Shown here: positions 62,149 through 64,000 of the stretch, piece after piece
How positions within the stretch are numbered: position 1 is the first letter of the stretch
How the letters are laid out: each line of letters starts with the position of its first letter
Assembly: GCA_963842085.1 (NCBI GenBank)
Contig: CAWJET010000001.1
Coordinates: 2,240,001 to 2,304,000 of the forward strand
From: an uncultured delta proteobacterium
GTDB lineage: Bacteria; Desulfobacterota; Binatia; Binatales; Binataceae
Length of the DNA stretch: 64,000 nucleotides
Direction of reading: 5' to 3'
Made by a program: the position numbers and the translations under genes
The notes under the pieces: generated by a model
What the model was told of the DNA's origin: nothing
The model's database searches: none
The model's input: only the letters and a program-made list of their open reading frames with translations

Positions 62149-62550
62149 TCAACTGTCTTTTGTGCGGGGCTCGTTGAGCGCGGCGAGAGCTTCTTCTGCC
62201 GTGAGTTTGCCGCTCTTCAGATCGGCCAGGACCGAGCGGCGTCGCGAGCCGCTGTCGTCGGAGGTGGAGGTCTCGGGCGCGGACTTGGCGGAGTAGCCGA
62301 GCGCGATGATGACTTCGTCGAGGCGCGCGCGCACGGTCGGGTAGGAGACGCCGAGTTCGCGCTCGACGTCGCGGATAACGCCGCGGTTCTTGATGAAGAC
62401 CTCGACGAAATCGATTTGCGCGCCGGTGAGTTTGAGGAGCGCGGGCGGCGCAAATTCGCCGTCGATCGAGATTGCGCAATCGGGACATCGCAGGCGGGCG
62501 ACCGTAAGGTTGCCGTCGCACGATGGGCATTTAAGAATTATTGGTCGCAT
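62149..62550 (-). CDS. DUF2089 family protein (Zn ribbon, HTH, SHOCT-like)
   Basis: CPSC...CPDC; ERELGVSYPTVRARLD; LKSGKLTAEEAL. Confidence 0.88.
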   Translation of the reverse strand: MRPIILKCPSCDGNLTVARLRCPDCAISIDGEFAPPALLKLTGAQIDFVEVFIKNRGVIRDVERELGVSYPTVRARLDEVIIALGYSAKSAPETSTSDDSGSRRRSVLADLKSGKLTAEEALAALNEPRTKDS

Positions 62551-62558
62551 TTGAAGTA

Positions 62559-62608
62559 ATACTGAATCTAAATATTAACTCTGTCAAGTCTGATATTAAA
62601 GATATTAA
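62559..62608 (-). promoter_or_regulatory. Putative sigma70 promoter (TTGACA-N17-CAGTAT) with three TTAATAT direct repeats
   Basis: Perfect TTGACA at 62587-62582; ATATTAA on the + strand at 62572, 62593 and 62602. Confidence 0.55.
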
Positions 62609-62886
62609 GAATGAGGTCGAGGCGTTACGTTTCTGGTTGATGGAAAAACGATGGAATCGACAATTTCTACCATCTGTGGTGTTTTTCATAACGACCCTAC
62701 CACCGGTAGCTTCGTTCCGTCAAAAATTATTTCTGATGGACGAGAGCGCCACCCGGTTTCGAGCGAGTTTGGCGAGGATGGGGCATTCTGACGGTTGCCC
62801 ATGCCGTACACATAGCACGCCAAATCTGGCGGGATCAGGCTGAATAGTTCATCCCCAAATCCGGCATCAAACTTCGGATTCAGTAG

Positions 62887-63990
62887 TCAGACGTTGGGGG
62901 GTGACGGATGCTGCTGGCTAAGGCAATGGACGGAGCCGAGGCCCCAGACCAGGTCGGTTGAGGGGACGCCTACAACTCGGCGGGTTGGGAACAGGCGCTG
63001 CAGAGTTTCTGCTCCGAGGGCGTCCGTGGGGGCGTCGAAGGTGGGTATCAGTACGGCGCCGTTCGCTACATAGAAGTTCGCGTAGGAGGCGGGCAGGCGG
63101 GTGCCGTCGTAGATGACGGCCGGGGGCATCGGGAGAGTTTCGATTTTGAAGGGCCGGCCGTCTTGATAGCGCATCGCGCGCAGGCGTTCGAGGTTGTCGC
63201 GCAGGACGGGGTAGTTCACGTCGGCGGGATCGTGCTCGAGGACAGTGACGATCGTGTCTGGCGCGACGAAGCGTGCGAGGTCGTCGATGTGGCCGTCGGT
63301 GTCGTCGCCGGCGATTCCGTCGCCGAGCCAGAGCACGTTGGTCACGCCCAGGTAGGTGCGCAGGTAGTCCTCGATGTCGGTGCGGGTGAGCGTGGGATTG
63401 CGGTTGGGGTTGAGCAGGCATGACTCGGTCGTGAGCACGGAGCCGGCGCCGTTGACGTCGATCGAGCCGCCCTCAAGCACGATTCCCGGCTCGATCACTT
63501 CGACGCCGTAACGTGCGGCGAGCTTTTGCGGGACGACGTCGTCGAGCTCGAAGGCGCCGTACTTTTCGCCCCACGAGTTGAAGCGCCAGTCGAGCGCGAT
63601 CTGCGCTGGGAGGTTGGGCGCAACGCTTCCGAGGCGGTTGACAAAAATCGGGCCGTGGTCGCGTGCCCATGCGTCGTTGGTCGGCAGATGAAATACATCT
63701 ATGGGGAGAAGTGGGCCGGGCGCTTCCTTTTCCGTGCGGCGGGCGGCGTCACGAACCATCGCGCGCACCTGGTCGAGTTGCGTTTGATCGGTGACCATCA
63801 GGCGCACAGGCTCGAAGCGCGCGATCTTCGCAACCATGTCGGCGTAGATGGGCGGGATGACGTCGAACTTGCCGGGCCAGGTGTCGCGATTGTGCGGCCA
63901 TGCGAGGTAGCACGCGAGATGCGGCGCCCATTCGGGCGGCATCCGGTAGCCCGCGAGAATGCGTCGATGCTCGGGTGAAATTGCGGTCAC
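62887..63990 (-). CDS. aguA: Agmatine deiminase (true start may lie beyond the window edge)
   Basis: MPPEW, NDAWARDHGP, FNSWG, LEGGSI, DDTDGHID, ASYANFY, GSVHCLSQQ. Confidence 0.92.
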   Translation of the reverse strand: MTAISPEHRRILAGYRMPPEWAPHLACYLAWPHNRDTWPGKFDVIPPIYADMVAKIARFEPVRLMVTDQTQLDQVRAMVRDAARRTEKEAPGPLLPIDVFHLPTNDAWARDHGPIFVNRLGSVAPNLPAQIALDWRFNSWGEKYGAFELDDVVPQKLAARYGVEVIEPGIVLEGGSIDVNGAGSVLTTESCLLNPNRNPTLTRTDIEDYLRTYLGVTNVLWLGDGIAGDDTDGHIDDLARFVAPDTIVTVLEHDPADVNYPVLRDNLERLRAMRYQDGRPFKIETLPMPPAVIYDGTRLPASYANFYVANGAVLIPTFDAPTDALGAETLQRLFPTRRVVGVPSTDLVWGLGSVHCLSQQHPSPPNV

Positions 63991-64000
63991 GGCTACGAAC

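Noticed and set aside
62612-62886. Intergenic region with short hairpins (TTTGGCG/CGCCAAA, GGGCA/TGCCC) and ORF 62541..62843
   Set aside because: No recognisable ncRNA or riboswitch consensus; the ORF has atypical composition and overlaps the promoter.

Overview
A GC-rich, gene-dense bacterial chromosomal window with no rRNA, tRNA, CRISPR array, prophage or IS that I can see. LPS (hldD) and AmpG genes point to a diderm. The mix of P450s, family III CoA-transferases, an LLM-class oxidoreductase, a TTQ amine dehydrogenase, HemQ and a selenoprotein resembles Ca. Binatota or a related deltaproteobacteria-like lineage (inference only). Main blocks in order: P450 3' end plus a collapsed P450 remnant; a propionyl-CoA carboxylase / methylmalonyl-CoA mutase cluster; a pyruvoyl arginine decarboxylase; an Rdx/SelW-like selenoprotein missed by the ORF track (in-frame UGA plus SECIS-like hairpin); a 12.5 kb minus-strand run (frmA, AliB-like acyl-CoA dehydrogenase, frameshifted GH78, CoA-transferase pair, orphan anti-sigma, cbiA, hemQ); a Tat-exported vanadium haloperoxidase with altered active-site motifs; assorted catabolic enzymes; a recC-recB-recD operon divergent from a WYL regulator, with a PafBC/RecA-NDp-like promoter inside a perfect palindrome; a BesD-like Fe/2OG oxygenase coupled to a frameshifted aspartase-like gene; tandem Crp/Fnr regulators; a mauBEDA cluster with two monoheme cytochromes and no mauG or amicyanin; DUF2089-DUF4097; and agmatine deiminase. 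Best candidates for new biology are the WYL-RecBCD module, the MauG-less TTQ cluster, the selenoprotein and the variant haloperoxidase. All calls come from motif recognition by eye; no searches were run.
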